From the NCBI GenBank assembly GCA_964587795.1, contig CAZPMU010000001.1, forward strand, positions 64,820 to 128,819: 64,000 nucleotides of DNA, given 5' to 3'. The position numbers were made by a program, and so were the translations under genes. Source of the stretch: an uncultured Dehalococcoidia bacterium (lineage in GTDB: Bacteria > Chloroflexota > Dehalococcoidia > Lucifugimonadales > UBA3495). Positions 27,327-36,745 of this stretch are shown here, piece by piece. The first letter of the stretch is position 1. Each line of letters opens with the position of its first letter. The notes below the pieces were generated by a model, which searched no databases, was not told the origin of the DNA, and saw nothing but the letters and a program-made list of their open reading frames with translations.

Positions 27327-29102
27327 ATGAGGTTTTTTGGCGGACATAGACATTTGAACGAGGACCTGCTGAACGACTACGTCAGCGGGCGTCTTTCGCC
27401 GGAACAGCGGGAGCGGGTGGAATGGGTTGCTGCCGGGTGTGCCCAATGCCGGGAAGAGCTGCAGTCGCTGGAGGGGACCCGGTCGTTACTGCAGGCCTTG
27501 CCCCAGGAGCAATTGCCGCGCAGTTTTGTGTTCGCCCAGGCTCCGGAAAGTGCGCCGGCTGCGAGAGGGGGCGGAGATTATCGTCCGGTACCGGCCTGGC
27601 GGTTCCGTATTCCGGGGCGGGTCTATGCCGGGGCGGCGGCGGTGGCCGGGGTGGCGGCGCTGGTTCTTGTGCTTAGCGGGGCGGCGGGAACGTGGCTGCC
27701 GCAGGGAGGAGAGGGTGAGTTTGGAACAATGGCTTCTTCCGCCCCCATGGAGGCGGCGCCGGAAATGGCGCAGGCTGAAAGCGCACCCTTCCCACCTGCT
27801 GCCCGTGAAGCCATGGAAGCGGCGCCGGCGACGCAGGCTGAACCTGCCATGGCGCAATCAATGGCCGCCGAGCAAAGCGCGGCGTCTTCGGCGCCGGTTC
27901 CGGTGGAGGCCCCGGCGGAAGACCTGGAGGCCGACGGGGAAGCGAGGGTGGCAGGGGATGTGGGAGTATTGAGAGAAGTCGAGGTGGCGAGGGAGGCCGT
28001 TGCTGAGGGGATAATGGAAGCGCAGGCCGTAACTGCACCTACGTCCCCGCCAGTGGCGGCCCAGGCGCCCCGGGTTGCTGAAATGATGGCAGATGCCGCT
28101 CCGACCACGCGGGCCAGGCCGACTGCGCCGCCGGCGGCGGCATCGGCACCGGTGGCGAGCTCAAGAGAAGTCCAGGGAGAGTCACCAGGGGAAACCGGGG
28201 CAAGGGAATTGCACCCAACTGTTGGCCAAGCTGCCGGCGAAACACCCGGTCCGGCGGTGTTGGTGGAGGGCGAGGTCCTTCCCCATCTGCCTTCAGGCAG
28301 CGAGCCTTCGGAGGCAGCCGAGGCGGAAGGTACGCCGGCTCCGGCGGTCCGAAAGGGGGAGTTGGCGGCGCCTTCACTGGTGGCGCCGCCTCCTTCGGTG
28401 GGAGCGCCGGATACCGCGAACGCGCCAAAACAGGCCGATGCCACGCCGGTGTCGCGGGAGTCGGTTGGGGCGGCAACGCCGGAATCGACTGCAGCGGTTC
28501 CCACGTCAGAGCCGACCGCTTCGGTGGTGGCTTCGAGGGCGACCAGGCTGCCCCCCGAACCTACGGCAACAACCGCGACAAGTGCGATGATCGAGGCGGA
28601 TCCCCGGCCCACCGAGGGTCTTGGCCTGGGGTTAGAACGAAATGGGGCCGGGCCCGGAGTTTCCACGGAGGAAGAAGGACCCCGAAGTGCATCAGGGTCA
28701 ACCGGAGTCCCTGGACTCGCTGACCCTGTCGGTCCGGCCGGCTCCGATGGATCGGAAGGGCCCAGGGGGGCGGCGGGGCCGCAGGGCGCTTCGGAGGTGG
28801 CAGCTCCTGGGGTCCCTGAAGGGGCGGCGCAGGTTGGGAGCTTGGACGGTTCACGGGGCGTTCCAAGGGATGCCGTCGAAGCTGCCCTCGAGGAGAATGC
28901 AAGCCCTGGAGAAGTACGGACGTGGTGGGAAAGCTCCGCTTCAGTGGTCTTGGTCGGAGTCGCTATTGCGACGGGATTTATCGCAGCGGCGTTTATTGTG
29001 GCGTTGCGTTATCGGACCACCCGGCGGAACAGGGGAAGTCCGGGAACAAATCAGGAGCCGGATACGTCTACTCTAGTGAACCGTCCTAAACTGGAAAACT
29101 AA
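27327..29102 (+). CDS. Anti-sigma factor (zf-HC2-like N-terminus) with very long Ala/Pro/Glu-rich region and second C-terminal TM
   Basis: Lies 7 nt after the sigma gene. N-terminal CAQCREEL motif. TM1 is VYAGAAAVAGVAALVLVL and TM2 is VVLVGVAIATGFIAAAFIVAL. About 430 aa of low-complexity sequence lies between them. Confidence 0.7.
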   Translation: MRFFGGHRHLNEDLLNDYVSGRLSPEQRERVEWVAAGCAQCREELQSLEGTRSLLQALPQEQLPRSFVFAQAPESAPAARGGGDYRPVPAWRFRIPGRVYAGAAAVAGVAALVLVLSGAAGTWLPQGGEGEFGTMASSAPMEAAPEMAQAESAPFPPAAREAMEAAPATQAEPAMAQSMAAEQSAASSAPVPVEAPAEDLEADGEARVAGDVGVLREVEVAREAVAEGIMEAQAVTAPTSPPVAAQAPRVAEMMADAAPTTRARPTAPPAAASAPVASSREVQGESPGETGARELHPTVGQAAGETPGPAVLVEGEVLPHLPSGSEPSEAAEAEGTPAPAVRKGELAAPSLVAPPPSVGAPDTANAPKQADATPVSRESVGAATPESTAAVPTSEPTASVVASRATRLPPEPTATTATSAMIEADPRPTEGLGLGLERNGAGPGVSTEEEGPRSASGSTGVPGLADPVGPAGSDGSEGPRGAAGPQGASEVAAPGVPEGAAQVGSLDGSRGVPRDAVEAALEENASPGEVRTWWESSASVVLVGVAIATGFIAAAFIVALRYRTTRRNRGSPGTNQEPDTSTLVNRPKLEN

Positions 29103-29116
29103 GGAGGCACGGAATA

Positions 29117-30268
29117 ATGCCAAGGTTGAAAGCAAAGCACTTTTTTGTATGTTTGTTGCTGGGAATCGTCAGCCTGCTGACGCTGGCGTGTTCGTCCCAG
29201 GTACCGGTCAGCACCACGGTCGGCGGCGCCCAGGTTGGCGAGGAAACGGCAGAAGTAGTAAGGGAGACGGCTGCAGCGATTCAGGAAGAGCCGGGTGACA
29301 GTGCTCCGAACCGGGAAGCCCCGTCAGTGGTCACCCCAGAAGTTGCGGGGTCAGAGACTTCCGTGGCCGTGGCCGAGCCGGTAATGGCGGAGCCCGTGGA
29401 AACCGACACGAGCGGAGCCGGAGGCGAGGCTGACGTGACGGGTGGCGGCGACGGCGAAGGGTTCCAGGCGCAGGTGGCAGGTAAGGAAGGAGCCGGTGGC
29501 GCCGGCATCGTGGTGTCCGGTTCGGGCAGGGCCAGCGGGGTGCCGGACCTGGCAACCCTGCGGCTGGGAGTAGAATCCATCGAAGCCACCGTGGGAGAGG
29601 CACGAATGGCCGCTGCCGAGTCCATGGCGTCGGTCATGGCGTCGGTCAGTGAAGACGGCGTTGAGGCTAAGGATGTCCAGACCGGATACTTCAGCATTCA
29701 ACCTCGCTACACGGGCAGGGAAGTAACCCGGTGCGTCGCAGCTGAGGTCCCTGAAGAAGCGGAGGCCAAGGACGGCCCCATGCAGGAAGGCCCGGACCTG
29801 ATGAGCATGGTTACTGAACCCAAGGGGCAAGAGTGCTTCCAGGAGTACCGTTCGGTGATTACAGGTTATGAGGTCCGCAACAACCTGACGGTTAAGGTGC
29901 GGGACCTGGCCTCGGTGGATGACGTGATTGACGGGGCGGTGGACGCCGGAGGAGACAACATCCGGTTCAACGGGCTGAACTTCTCCATGGAAGACACCAC
30001 GGAGTTGGAAATGGAAGCCCGCAGCGCAGCCGTGGCAGAGCTGGAATCCAAGGCAGGCGAACTGGCCAGCCTGGCCGGGGTGGAACTGGGCGACCTGGTG
30101 TACCTGACGGAAACGGGCGGGTTCCAACCGCCCATAGTCAGAGCGGAATTTGCCTTTGCCCGGGCGGCCGCAGATTCGTCCGGGGGCGTTTCAACTCCCA
30201 TATCGCCGGGCGAGGTATCCATCGAGGTGAATGTTGTGGGTCAGTACCTTATTGGCGATGGAGAGTGA
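29117..30268 (+). CDS. SIMPL (DUF541) domain lipoprotein
   Basis: Lipobox LLTLACS. An acidic disordered linker precedes the C-terminal SIMPL-like domain (GYEVRNNLTVKVRD...ISPGEVSIEVNV). Confidence 0.7.
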   Translation: MPRLKAKHFFVCLLLGIVSLLTLACSSQVPVSTTVGGAQVGEETAEVVRETAAAIQEEPGDSAPNREAPSVVTPEVAGSETSVAVAEPVMAEPVETDTSGAGGEADVTGGGDGEGFQAQVAGKEGAGGAGIVVSGSGRASGVPDLATLRLGVESIEATVGEARMAAAESMASVMASVSEDGVEAKDVQTGYFSIQPRYTGREVTRCVAAEVPEEAEAKDGPMQEGPDLMSMVTEPKGQECFQEYRSVITGYEVRNNLTVKVRDLASVDDVIDGAVDAGGDNIRFNGLNFSMEDTTELEMEARSAAVAELESKAGELASLAGVELGDLVYLTETGGFQPPIVRAEFAFARAAADSSGGVSTPISPGEVSIEVNVVGQYLIGDGE

Positions 30269-30332
30269 CGGGACTGGCCCAAGGTGGTTGACAGCCCCCA
30301 TGGTTGTCATCGCCACCAGGTAGCTTTAGAAT

Positions 30333-30364
30333 CAGGGTGCCCCGGAAACTGCCGGGGCACCCTG
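30333..30364 (+). terminator. Terminator hairpin after the sigma/anti-sigma/SIMPL operon
   Basis: CAGGGTGCCCCGG-AAACTG-CCGGGGCACCCTG forms a perfect 13-bp stem, followed by TTGCAT. Confidence 0.65.
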
Positions 30365-30472
30365 TTGCATGGAAGGACATGAAAAGGCGCCGCCTCAGTC
30401 GCCTGGGCCAGCGGGATTAGACTAAACTAGCAGCCAGGGATGGACTTACATTGAGACATCGAAACTGCCATT

Positions 30473-30673
30473 GTGAGTCCGCCTGAGGTGGATGAAGAAT
30501 CCGAGATTCTTGCCAACAGGATTTTTGAATTCCCCAGAGAATTTTGGATTCCGATCCTCACTCAGATGAGCAGTTGGGGAGTTCGGGCGCCCTTAGCGGA
30601 TGAAATGGCGCCCCAGGCTGAAGTGACGTTTTGGCAGCAGTGGGGAATGACGGTCAAGAACCTGTTTTCGTAG
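30473..30673 (+). CDS. Small hypothetical protein (66 aa), possibly translationally coupled to dcd
   Basis: GTG-start ORF. Its TAG stop lies 1 nt before the dcd ATG. I recognise no homology. Confidence 0.3.
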   Translation: MSPPEVDEESEILANRIFEFPREFWIPILTQMSSWGVRAPLADEMAPQAEVTFWQQWGMTVKNLFS

Positions 30674-30674
30674 G

Positions 30675-31259
30675 ATGGGCCACGCGGTGGTATTGAGCGA
30701 CCGATCAATTAAAGAGGCGCTGGGGGAAGGGCGGATTGTCATCGACCCGGTTGACCCGGAAGATATTCAGCCGGCCAGCGTTGACCTGCACCTGGACGGG
30801 AAGATTCTCGTCTTCAGCAACCACCAAAAGCCCTTCATCGACGTCAAGGCTAGCATGGAAAGCCTGAGTGAATTGGTGGAAATTGAAGGAGACAAGCCCT
30901 TTATTCTGCATCCGGGCGACTTTGTGCTGGGCAGCACCGTGGAGCATATCGAGCTGCCGGAGGACCTGGTGGCGCGGCTGGAAGGCAAGAGTTCCCTGGG
31001 CCGTATCGGCCTGGTCATCCACTCCACGGCCGGGTTCGTTGACCCGGGCTGGAAGGGAAACCTGACGCTGGAGCTGAGCAACCTGGCTCGCTTGCCCATA
31101 ACCCTTTACTATGGCATGAAAATCGGCCAGATTTCCTTTTTGACCCTAACCACGCCGGCCGAACGCCTTTACGGCTCTGAGTCTCTGGGCAGCAAGTACC
31201 AGGGTCAGGCAGAACCCACGGCCAGTCGCTTTCACCGGGACTTCGGGCCGGGCGGCTGA
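30675..31259 (+). CDS. dcd: dCTP deaminase
   Basis: LSDRSIKEAL, QPASVDLHL, LEGKSSLGRIGLVIHSTAGFVDPGWKGNLTLEL. Confidence 0.9.
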   Translation: MGHAVVLSDRSIKEALGEGRIVIDPVDPEDIQPASVDLHLDGKILVFSNHQKPFIDVKASMESLSELVEIEGDKPFILHPGDFVLGSTVEHIELPEDLVARLEGKSSLGRIGLVIHSTAGFVDPGWKGNLTLELSNLARLPITLYYGMKIGQISFLTLTTPAERLYGSESLGSKYQGQAEPTASRFHRDFGPGG

Positions 31260-31303
31260 AGCGACGTTTTGTGCCACTAAGACAAGGGAGTTGCTGACTT
31301 ACG

Positions 31304-32416
31304 ATGAGCGAGACTTCTCCCATGCAGCGGGCGGTTGAACTGGCGCGCATGGCCCTGGGCAGCACCAGCCCCAATCCGGCGGTGGGTGCAGTAGTACTCA
31401 AGGACGGCGCTGTGGTAGGGGAAGGGTACACGCTGCCGCCGGGGCAGCGACACGCCGAGATCGGCGCCCTGGAGCAGGCGGGCAGTCTTGCCGTGGGTTC
31501 CATTCTCTACACTACGCTGGAGCCTTGCTGCCACTACGGGAGGACACCTCCCTGCACGGAAGCTATCGTGGCTGCGGGGGTGGCAGAGGTGGTAGTCGGC
31601 GTCGTGGACCCCAATCCGCTGGTAGCGGGCAAAGGTATGGAAAGGCTGCGGGAAGCGGGAGTCGCGACCCGGTTAGAATCGGTCCAGGGGGCGGAAGAAC
31701 TCTACGAGGCTTTCGGCAAGCACATAATCACCGGCCTGCCCTTCGTAACCGCCAAATACGCCATGAGCCTGGACGGGAAGATAGCCACTTACACCGGAGA
31801 TTCCAAGTGGGTTACCGGGCCGCTGGCCAGGGCTGAAGTCCAGCGAATGCGCCGGGAGTGCGACGCCATCATGGTAGGAATCAACACGGTGCTGGCGGAT
31901 GATCCGCAACTTACGGCCCGGGGTGACGAAGGCCTCCCCCTGGAACGGCAGCCCCTGCGGGTGGTGCTGGACAGCCACGGCCGTACTCCTTCGTCGGCCA
32001 GGATGCTGGGAGAGCCGGGAAAGACGTTGATAGTCACTTCCAGTGAAGCGCCGGGCAGCGAGATTGAGCGGCTGCGGCAGGCAGGGGCGGAAACCTGGAC
32101 CAGTCCCTTGCACGAGCCGGGAATGCTGGAGATGGGAGAAATCCTGGTGGAGCTGGGCCAACGGGGAGTGGTGAGCCTGCTGGTAGAAGGCGGGGGGATT
32201 ACGCTGGGTTCGTTGTTTGACGACGGGTTGGTGGACAAGGTGAAGGTCTTCGTTGCGCCGGTTATAATCGGCGGGATGTTGGCAGCTTCCCCCGTTGAAG
32301 GTTACGGACCGGAGTCTATGGCCCAGGCCTGGCGGGTGGAAAGAACGGCAATTCGGCAGATTGGGCCGGACTGGTTGATAACGGGTTATCCGGGCAGGAG
32401 TTCCGGCGCCGGTTAG
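31304..32416 (+). CDS. ribD: Bifunctional riboflavin biosynthesis deaminase/reductase
   Basis: Deaminase Zn motifs HAEIGAL and TLEPCCHYGRTPPC. The C-terminal reductase domain contains KYAMSLDGKIA. Confidence 0.9.
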   Translation: MSETSPMQRAVELARMALGSTSPNPAVGAVVLKDGAVVGEGYTLPPGQRHAEIGALEQAGSLAVGSILYTTLEPCCHYGRTPPCTEAIVAAGVAEVVVGVVDPNPLVAGKGMERLREAGVATRLESVQGAEELYEAFGKHIITGLPFVTAKYAMSLDGKIATYTGDSKWVTGPLARAEVQRMRRECDAIMVGINTVLADDPQLTARGDEGLPLERQPLRVVLDSHGRTPSSARMLGEPGKTLIVTSSEAPGSEIERLRQAGAETWTSPLHEPGMLEMGEILVELGQRGVVSLLVEGGGITLGSLFDDGLVDKVKVFVAPVIIGGMLAASPVEGYGPESMAQAWRVERTAIRQIGPDWLITGYPGRSSGAG

Positions 32417-32473
32417 ATTATGTCAGCCAGGCTGACGGGAATGACGCCAAACGGGTTGAGCGCTCATTGAATC

Positions 32474-32509
32474 GGCGGGAACACAACCCATCCCGTCGAA
32501 GTTCCCGCC
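32474..32509. repeat. GC-rich palindrome in the ribD-ribE spacer
   Basis: GGCGGGAAC (32474-32482) pairs with GTTCCCGCC (32501-32509), followed by TTT. The arms are shared with the element at 13607-13649. Confidence 0.5.
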
Positions 32510-32673
32510 TTTGGGGGATTCGCCGTGGCCCGCCTCAGGCGGACCGCAAAAGGGGTAAAAATGACAAGGAATTTACCCCCATCCCTGCCCTCCCCCGTAA
32601 AACGGAAGGGGACTCTTGGCGCTCGTTTTTATAGTCAGGAAGTCACGAGATTTGAACCAAGTTGGTTGAGATA

Positions 32674-33264
32674 ATGTTTACTGGAATAGTGGAAGAAGTA
32701 GGGACTGTGGCGGATTGCAGCGAGTATGGCCTTACCTTGGCGGCAGGCCGGGTAATGGAAGACTTGAAGCTGGGCGACAGCATCGCCGTGAACGGAACGT
32801 GCCTGACGGTGGTCGAGATGGCGGGGGGGACTTTCCGGCTGGACCTGGCGCCGGAGACCCTGCGCCGCACTTCGCTGGGAGAACTGTCGGTGGGCAGCGT
32901 CGCCAACCTGGAACGGCCGCTGGCGGCTGGCGACCGCCTTGGGGGCCACATCGTGCAGGGGCACGTGGACGCGACGGGCCGCATAATGTCCGTCAGGCCG
33001 GAGGCCGATTGCTACATCTACCGGGTGCGCGTACCCAAGCGCCTGATGCCCTACGTGGTGGAGAAGGGGTTTATCGCCGTGGACGGAATCAGCCTTACCG
33101 TGGTGAAGCGCGGGGCTGCATCCTTCACCATTTCTGTGATACCATACACGTTCTCTCATACCAATTTGAGGGAGAAGTCGGTGGGGGACAGAGTTAACCT
33201 GGAAGTGGACATCCTGGCCAAGTACGTGGAGAGTTTGATGTCCCAACAGGTAATCTCAGCGTAG
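32674..33264 (+). CDS. ribE: Riboflavin synthase
   Basis: Canonical MFTGIVEEVG start at ATG 32674 (the track starts 4 codons earlier at a TTG). Internal two-barrel repeat (NGTCLTV / DGISLTV). Confidence 0.9.
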   Translation: MFTGIVEEVGTVADCSEYGLTLAAGRVMEDLKLGDSIAVNGTCLTVVEMAGGTFRLDLAPETLRRTSLGELSVGSVANLERPLAAGDRLGGHIVQGHVDATGRIMSVRPEADCYIYRVRVPKRLMPYVVEKGFIAVDGISLTVVKRGAASFTISVIPYTFSHTNLREKSVGDRVNLEVDILAKYVESLMSQQVISA

Positions 33265-33330
33265 GACGGGGCAGGGGCAGGGGCAGGGCCGGTTTCAGAC
33301 GCAGAAATTCAGAGGAGACTTACAGACGTT

Positions 33331-34539
33331 ATGCCTCTATCTAGCATGGAAGAGGCCCTGGAAGACCTCAAGGCTGGCAAGATTCTAATAGTCGTCGACG
33401 ACGAGAAGCGGGAAAACGAAGGCGACCTGGTGATGGCCGCCGAGATGGTAACTCCCGAAGCCGTCAACTTTCTGGTTACCCACGGGCGCGGTCTACTTTG
33501 CATGCCCATGAAGGAAGACCGGCTGAGTGAACTGGGAATAAAGCTGATAGACAGCGAAAACGCTGTCCATGACATGCCCACCGCCTTCACAATGTCGGTG
33601 GACTTCAAGGTGGGGACCACCACCGGCATTTCCGCCGACGACCGGGCGGCCACGATTCAGGCCCTTATTGACCCGGAAGCCAGACCCGAGGAATTCTCGC
33701 GGCCCGGGCACCTTTTCCCCTTGCAGTACCATCCTGGCGGCGTAATGGTCCGCCCAGGGCACACGGAAGCGATAGTTGACCTTTGCAACATCGCGGGGAT
33801 GTACCCGGCCGGCGTGGTGTGCGAAATAATGAATGACGACGGCTCCATGTCGCGCCTGCCCGACCTGGAGGTTTTCGCCGCCGAGCATGGGCTGAAGATT
33901 CTGAGCATTGCCCAGATTGTCGCTTACCGGCGCCGCTACCAGGTGGAGATTAGCCTGGTGGCCGAGGCGCGAATGCCCACCAAGTATGGAGAGTTTAAGG
34001 CGTACGCCTACGAGAGCCCATACGACCCGGGGGAGCATATAGCGCTGACCATGGGGGAATGGGAGCCCGATGAACCGGTGCTTACCCGTATTCACAGCGA
34101 GTGCCTGACAGGCGATGTGTTTGGCAGTATGCGGTGCGACTGCGGCGAACAGTTAGAATTGGCCTTGAAACGATTGAGTGAAGAAGGCAAGGGCGTCCTC
34201 TTGTATATGCGGCAGGAGGGCCGCGGGATTGGCCTGCACAACAAGATTCGGGCCTATTCTATCCAGGATGAGGGTGTGGACACCGTTGAGGCCAACAAAA
34301 TGCTGGGGTTTGACCCGGACACCCGCCACTACGGTGTAGGCGCCAAAATTCTGGCGGACCTGGGCATCAGGCGGGTCAGGTTGCTCACCAATAACCCGAA
34401 GAAGCTGATTGGGCTGGCGGGTTCGGATGTGGAAGTGGTAGAGAGGGTGCATGTGGAAGTGCCGCCCAACGAGGAGAACCGAGGTTACCTGGAAACCAAG
34501 CGATTGAAAATGGGGCACATCCTGGGTTCCTGTTCGTAA
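33331..34539 (+). CDS. ribBA: Bifunctional 3,4-dihydroxy-2-butanone-4-phosphate synthase / GTP cyclohydrolase II
   Basis: DDEKRENEGDLV and RPGHTEA (RibB part). HSECLTGDVFGSMRCDCG and MRQEGRGIGL (RibA part). Confidence 0.9.
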   Translation: MPLSSMEEALEDLKAGKILIVVDDEKRENEGDLVMAAEMVTPEAVNFLVTHGRGLLCMPMKEDRLSELGIKLIDSENAVHDMPTAFTMSVDFKVGTTTGISADDRAATIQALIDPEARPEEFSRPGHLFPLQYHPGGVMVRPGHTEAIVDLCNIAGMYPAGVVCEIMNDDGSMSRLPDLEVFAAEHGLKILSIAQIVAYRRRYQVEISLVAEARMPTKYGEFKAYAYESPYDPGEHIALTMGEWEPDEPVLTRIHSECLTGDVFGSMRCDCGEQLELALKRLSEEGKGVLLYMRQEGRGIGLHNKIRAYSIQDEGVDTVEANKMLGFDPDTRHYGVGAKILADLGIRRVRLLTNNPKKLIGLAGSDVEVVERVHVEVPPNEENRGYLETKRLKMGHILGSCS

Positions 34540-34564
34540 GCAGACCGGGCCAAGAGCATTGTTC

Positions 34565-34594
34565 AAGGGGCAGACCGATTGGGGGCTGCCCCTT
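34565..34594. terminator. Hairpin between convergent ribBA and prfB
   Basis: AAGGGGCAG (34565-34573) pairs with CTGCCCCTT (34586-34594) over a 12-nt loop, followed by TCCTGT. Confidence 0.5.
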
Positions 34595-34617
34595 TCCTGT
34601 GCCCGCTGTGGTAATTG

Positions 34618-35713
34618 CTAATTGACCCGGGAGATGAGATAGGCCTCGATGAAGTCGTCCAGCGCCCCATCGAGAACCGCGTCGGGGTTGGTGCACTGGA
34701 AGTTGGTGCGGTGGTCCTTGACGGACTTGTAAGGGTGGAGGACGTAACTGCGAATCTGGTTGCCCCATTCGGCGGCGATGCGTTCTCCACGCAGTTTGGC
34801 CAGTTCCTCGGCGCGCTGCTCGTTCTGGCGGGCCAGAAGGCGGGCGGTGAGGATGCGCATGGCGTATTCGCGGTTCTGGTGCTGGGACCGCTCGGTCTGG
34901 CAGGAGACTACGATACCGGACGGAACGTGGGTCAGGCGCACTGCCGAAGCCACTTTCTGGACATTCTGTCCGCCCGGGCCGCTGGATCGGAAGGTGTCCA
35001 TTTTAAGGTCTTCCGAACGGACGACAATTTCCTCTTCCTCTGCGGCGGCGGGCAGGACCTCCACCTGGGCAAAAGAGGTGTGTCGGAGATTGTTGGGGTC
35101 GTAGGGAGATAGACGTACAAGGCGATGAACGCCACGCTCGGCGTTGAGGTAGCCATAGGCGAAGGGCCCGCCAATCTCCAGGGTGGCACTGCGGAGACCG
35201 GCCTCATCGCCGTAGGCCAGGTCCATTACCTGGGCGGGGCGATTTTGCACTTCGGCCCACCGTGCGTACATTTTCAGGAGCATTTCCGCCCAGTCCTGGG
35301 AGTCGGTGCCGCCGGCGCCGGAATAGACGGAAACGATGGCGGGACGGTCGTCGTAGGGGCCGGCCAGGGTGAGGGCAGTTTCCTGGCGGGACAGGGTGCG
35401 GGATAGCTGGACCACGTCGTTCTCAATCTGCTCCAACATGGAGTCGTCGCCGTCCTCGGTGGCGAGGTCGGCAAGTTCAAGCAGGGTATTGGCCTGCGAC
35501 GCCATGTCACGCCAGAGAGTTACGGTGTCCTTGAGCCGGCCCAGGGTGCGCATTTCCTGCTGGGCACGGCGGGGGTCATCCCAGAAGCCCGGCTGGGAGG
35601 CTTCCCGCTCGAGACGGGCAATGTCGGTTTCCTTGGCGGGGAGGTCAAAGACGCTCCACGACGGAATCAATTTTCTGCACAAGTACGCTCAGTTCCTGCC
35701 TGATGTCATCCAT
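34618..35713 (-). CDS. prfB: Peptide chain release factor 2, expressed via programmed +1 frameshift
   Basis: A short frame-0 segment, ATG 35713 MDDIRQELSVLVQKIDSVVERL, ends at CTT TGA C. The +1 frame continues DLPAKETD...SPYD...SGPGGQNVQKV... to the stop at 34618. The track ORF (34618..35682) misses the first segment. Confidence 0.9.
35644..35650 (-). other. prfB +1 frameshift site CTT TGA C
   Basis: The minus strand reads GTGGAGCGT CTT TGA CCT. An internal GGAG lies 3 nt before CTT, the same architecture as the E. coli prfB site. Confidence 0.85.
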
Positions 35714-35848
35714 ATATCATCTCCAATCCGGCGCGACAGGCTTGACAGGCGCGCTCGGGGTTATGGTTACGATTTCCTGCAGATTATTATACGGATGCCG
35801 ACAGGGGTTTGCCAATTGGCCGGAAGTTCCAGCAATTGCATGAGTGCA

Positions 35849-35877
35849 TTGCCTTCAAAATAGGGGGTTGATAGAAT
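35849..35877 (+). promoter_or_regulatory. Candidate sigma-70 promoter for plsY
   Basis: TTGCCT (35849-35854), a 17-nt spacer, then TAGAAT (35872-35877). Confidence 0.4.
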
Positions 35878-35956
35878 GGCTTAGACAAAGCCATATCCCA
35901 ATTCGCATCCCCTGGCGAGCCGAAGGGCATTTTCCCCAGGCACAACGAGGCGTCAC

Positions 35957-36601
35957 TTGGAACTGCTATCCATTGCTCTGCTCGGAATTGCCGCCTATTT
36001 TATTGGTTCCATCTCCCCCTCTTACACCCTGGTGCACTACCTGAAAGATATCGACATCAGGGAGGTGGGCAGCCGTAACGCCGGCACGTTAAACAGCTAT
36101 CACCAGTTGGGGGCGTGGTGGGCGATTCTGGTGTTTGTGGTTGATGCGGGCAAGGGGGCGGTAGCTGCGCTGCTGCCTATGTGGGTGGGCCTGCCGGAGT
36201 GGGCCGTTATGGTAACAGCGCCCCTGGTGATAGTGGGGCACAACTGGACGGTGTTGCTGAGGTTCCGGGGCGGAAAGGGAGCTGCCTGCCTGATCGGGAT
36301 TTGCCTGGCCGTGGCGCCTTCCGCGACGATGATAGCAATTTTGCCCGGGGTGGTTGTGCTGTTCCTGTGCAAGAACGCTATTGTGGCGCTGGTGGCAGGA
36401 TTCGCCCTGGCCAATTTACTTTACCTGGTGGCCTGGCTGTTAAACCTGGAATGGCTGGTACTGTCTCCGGGGTGGCAGCAGTTCGTGCTTTGCCTGGTAC
36501 TGACCCTGTTCGTCGCGGTGGTTTACAGCATATCGATCCGGGCCCAGTTGCTGGAAGCCTACAGGCAGAGGAGCGTCAGGCGGGCGTTCTACGGTTCCTG
36601 A
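35957..36601 (+). CDS. plsY: Glycerol-3-phosphate acyltransferase PlsY
   Basis: TTG start after GAGG. YFIGSISPSY, GSRNAGTLN and GHNWTVLLRFRGGKGAA motifs. Polytopic membrane protein. Confidence 0.85.
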   Translation: MELLSIALLGIAAYFIGSISPSYTLVHYLKDIDIREVGSRNAGTLNSYHQLGAWWAILVFVVDAGKGAVAALLPMWVGLPEWAVMVTAPLVIVGHNWTVLLRFRGGKGAACLIGICLAVAPSATMIAILPGVVVLFLCKNAIVALVAGFALANLLYLVAWLLNLEWLVLSPGWQQFVLCLVLTLFVAVVYSISIRAQLLEAYRQRSVRRAFYGS

Positions 36602-36745
36602 ACCCTTTTTCCACCTGTGTCAGTGCGGAGTGGGAAGGCTGGGGTGTCCCCGTTATCTTTCCCAACCCAGGTTGGTTATAATTGTGCGTTGCGGCCATGT
36701 TGGCCGGGGCAACTCGAGCACATCCACGATCGTTAAGCCTAATCA

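Noticed and set aside
27422-28902. A cluster of Arg/Pro-rich alternative-frame ORFs within the anti-sigma gene (27427-27972, 27673-28038, 28039-28476, 28093-28590, 28561-28902).
   Set aside because: They are by-products of the GC-rich low-complexity Ala/Pro/Glu coding region. They have no RBS and no domain signal.
31260-31303. FMN (RFN) riboswitch upstream of ribD.
   Set aside because: The gap is only 44 nt and shows none of the conserved RFN core. The ribD-ribE spacer also shows no recognisable RFN sequence.
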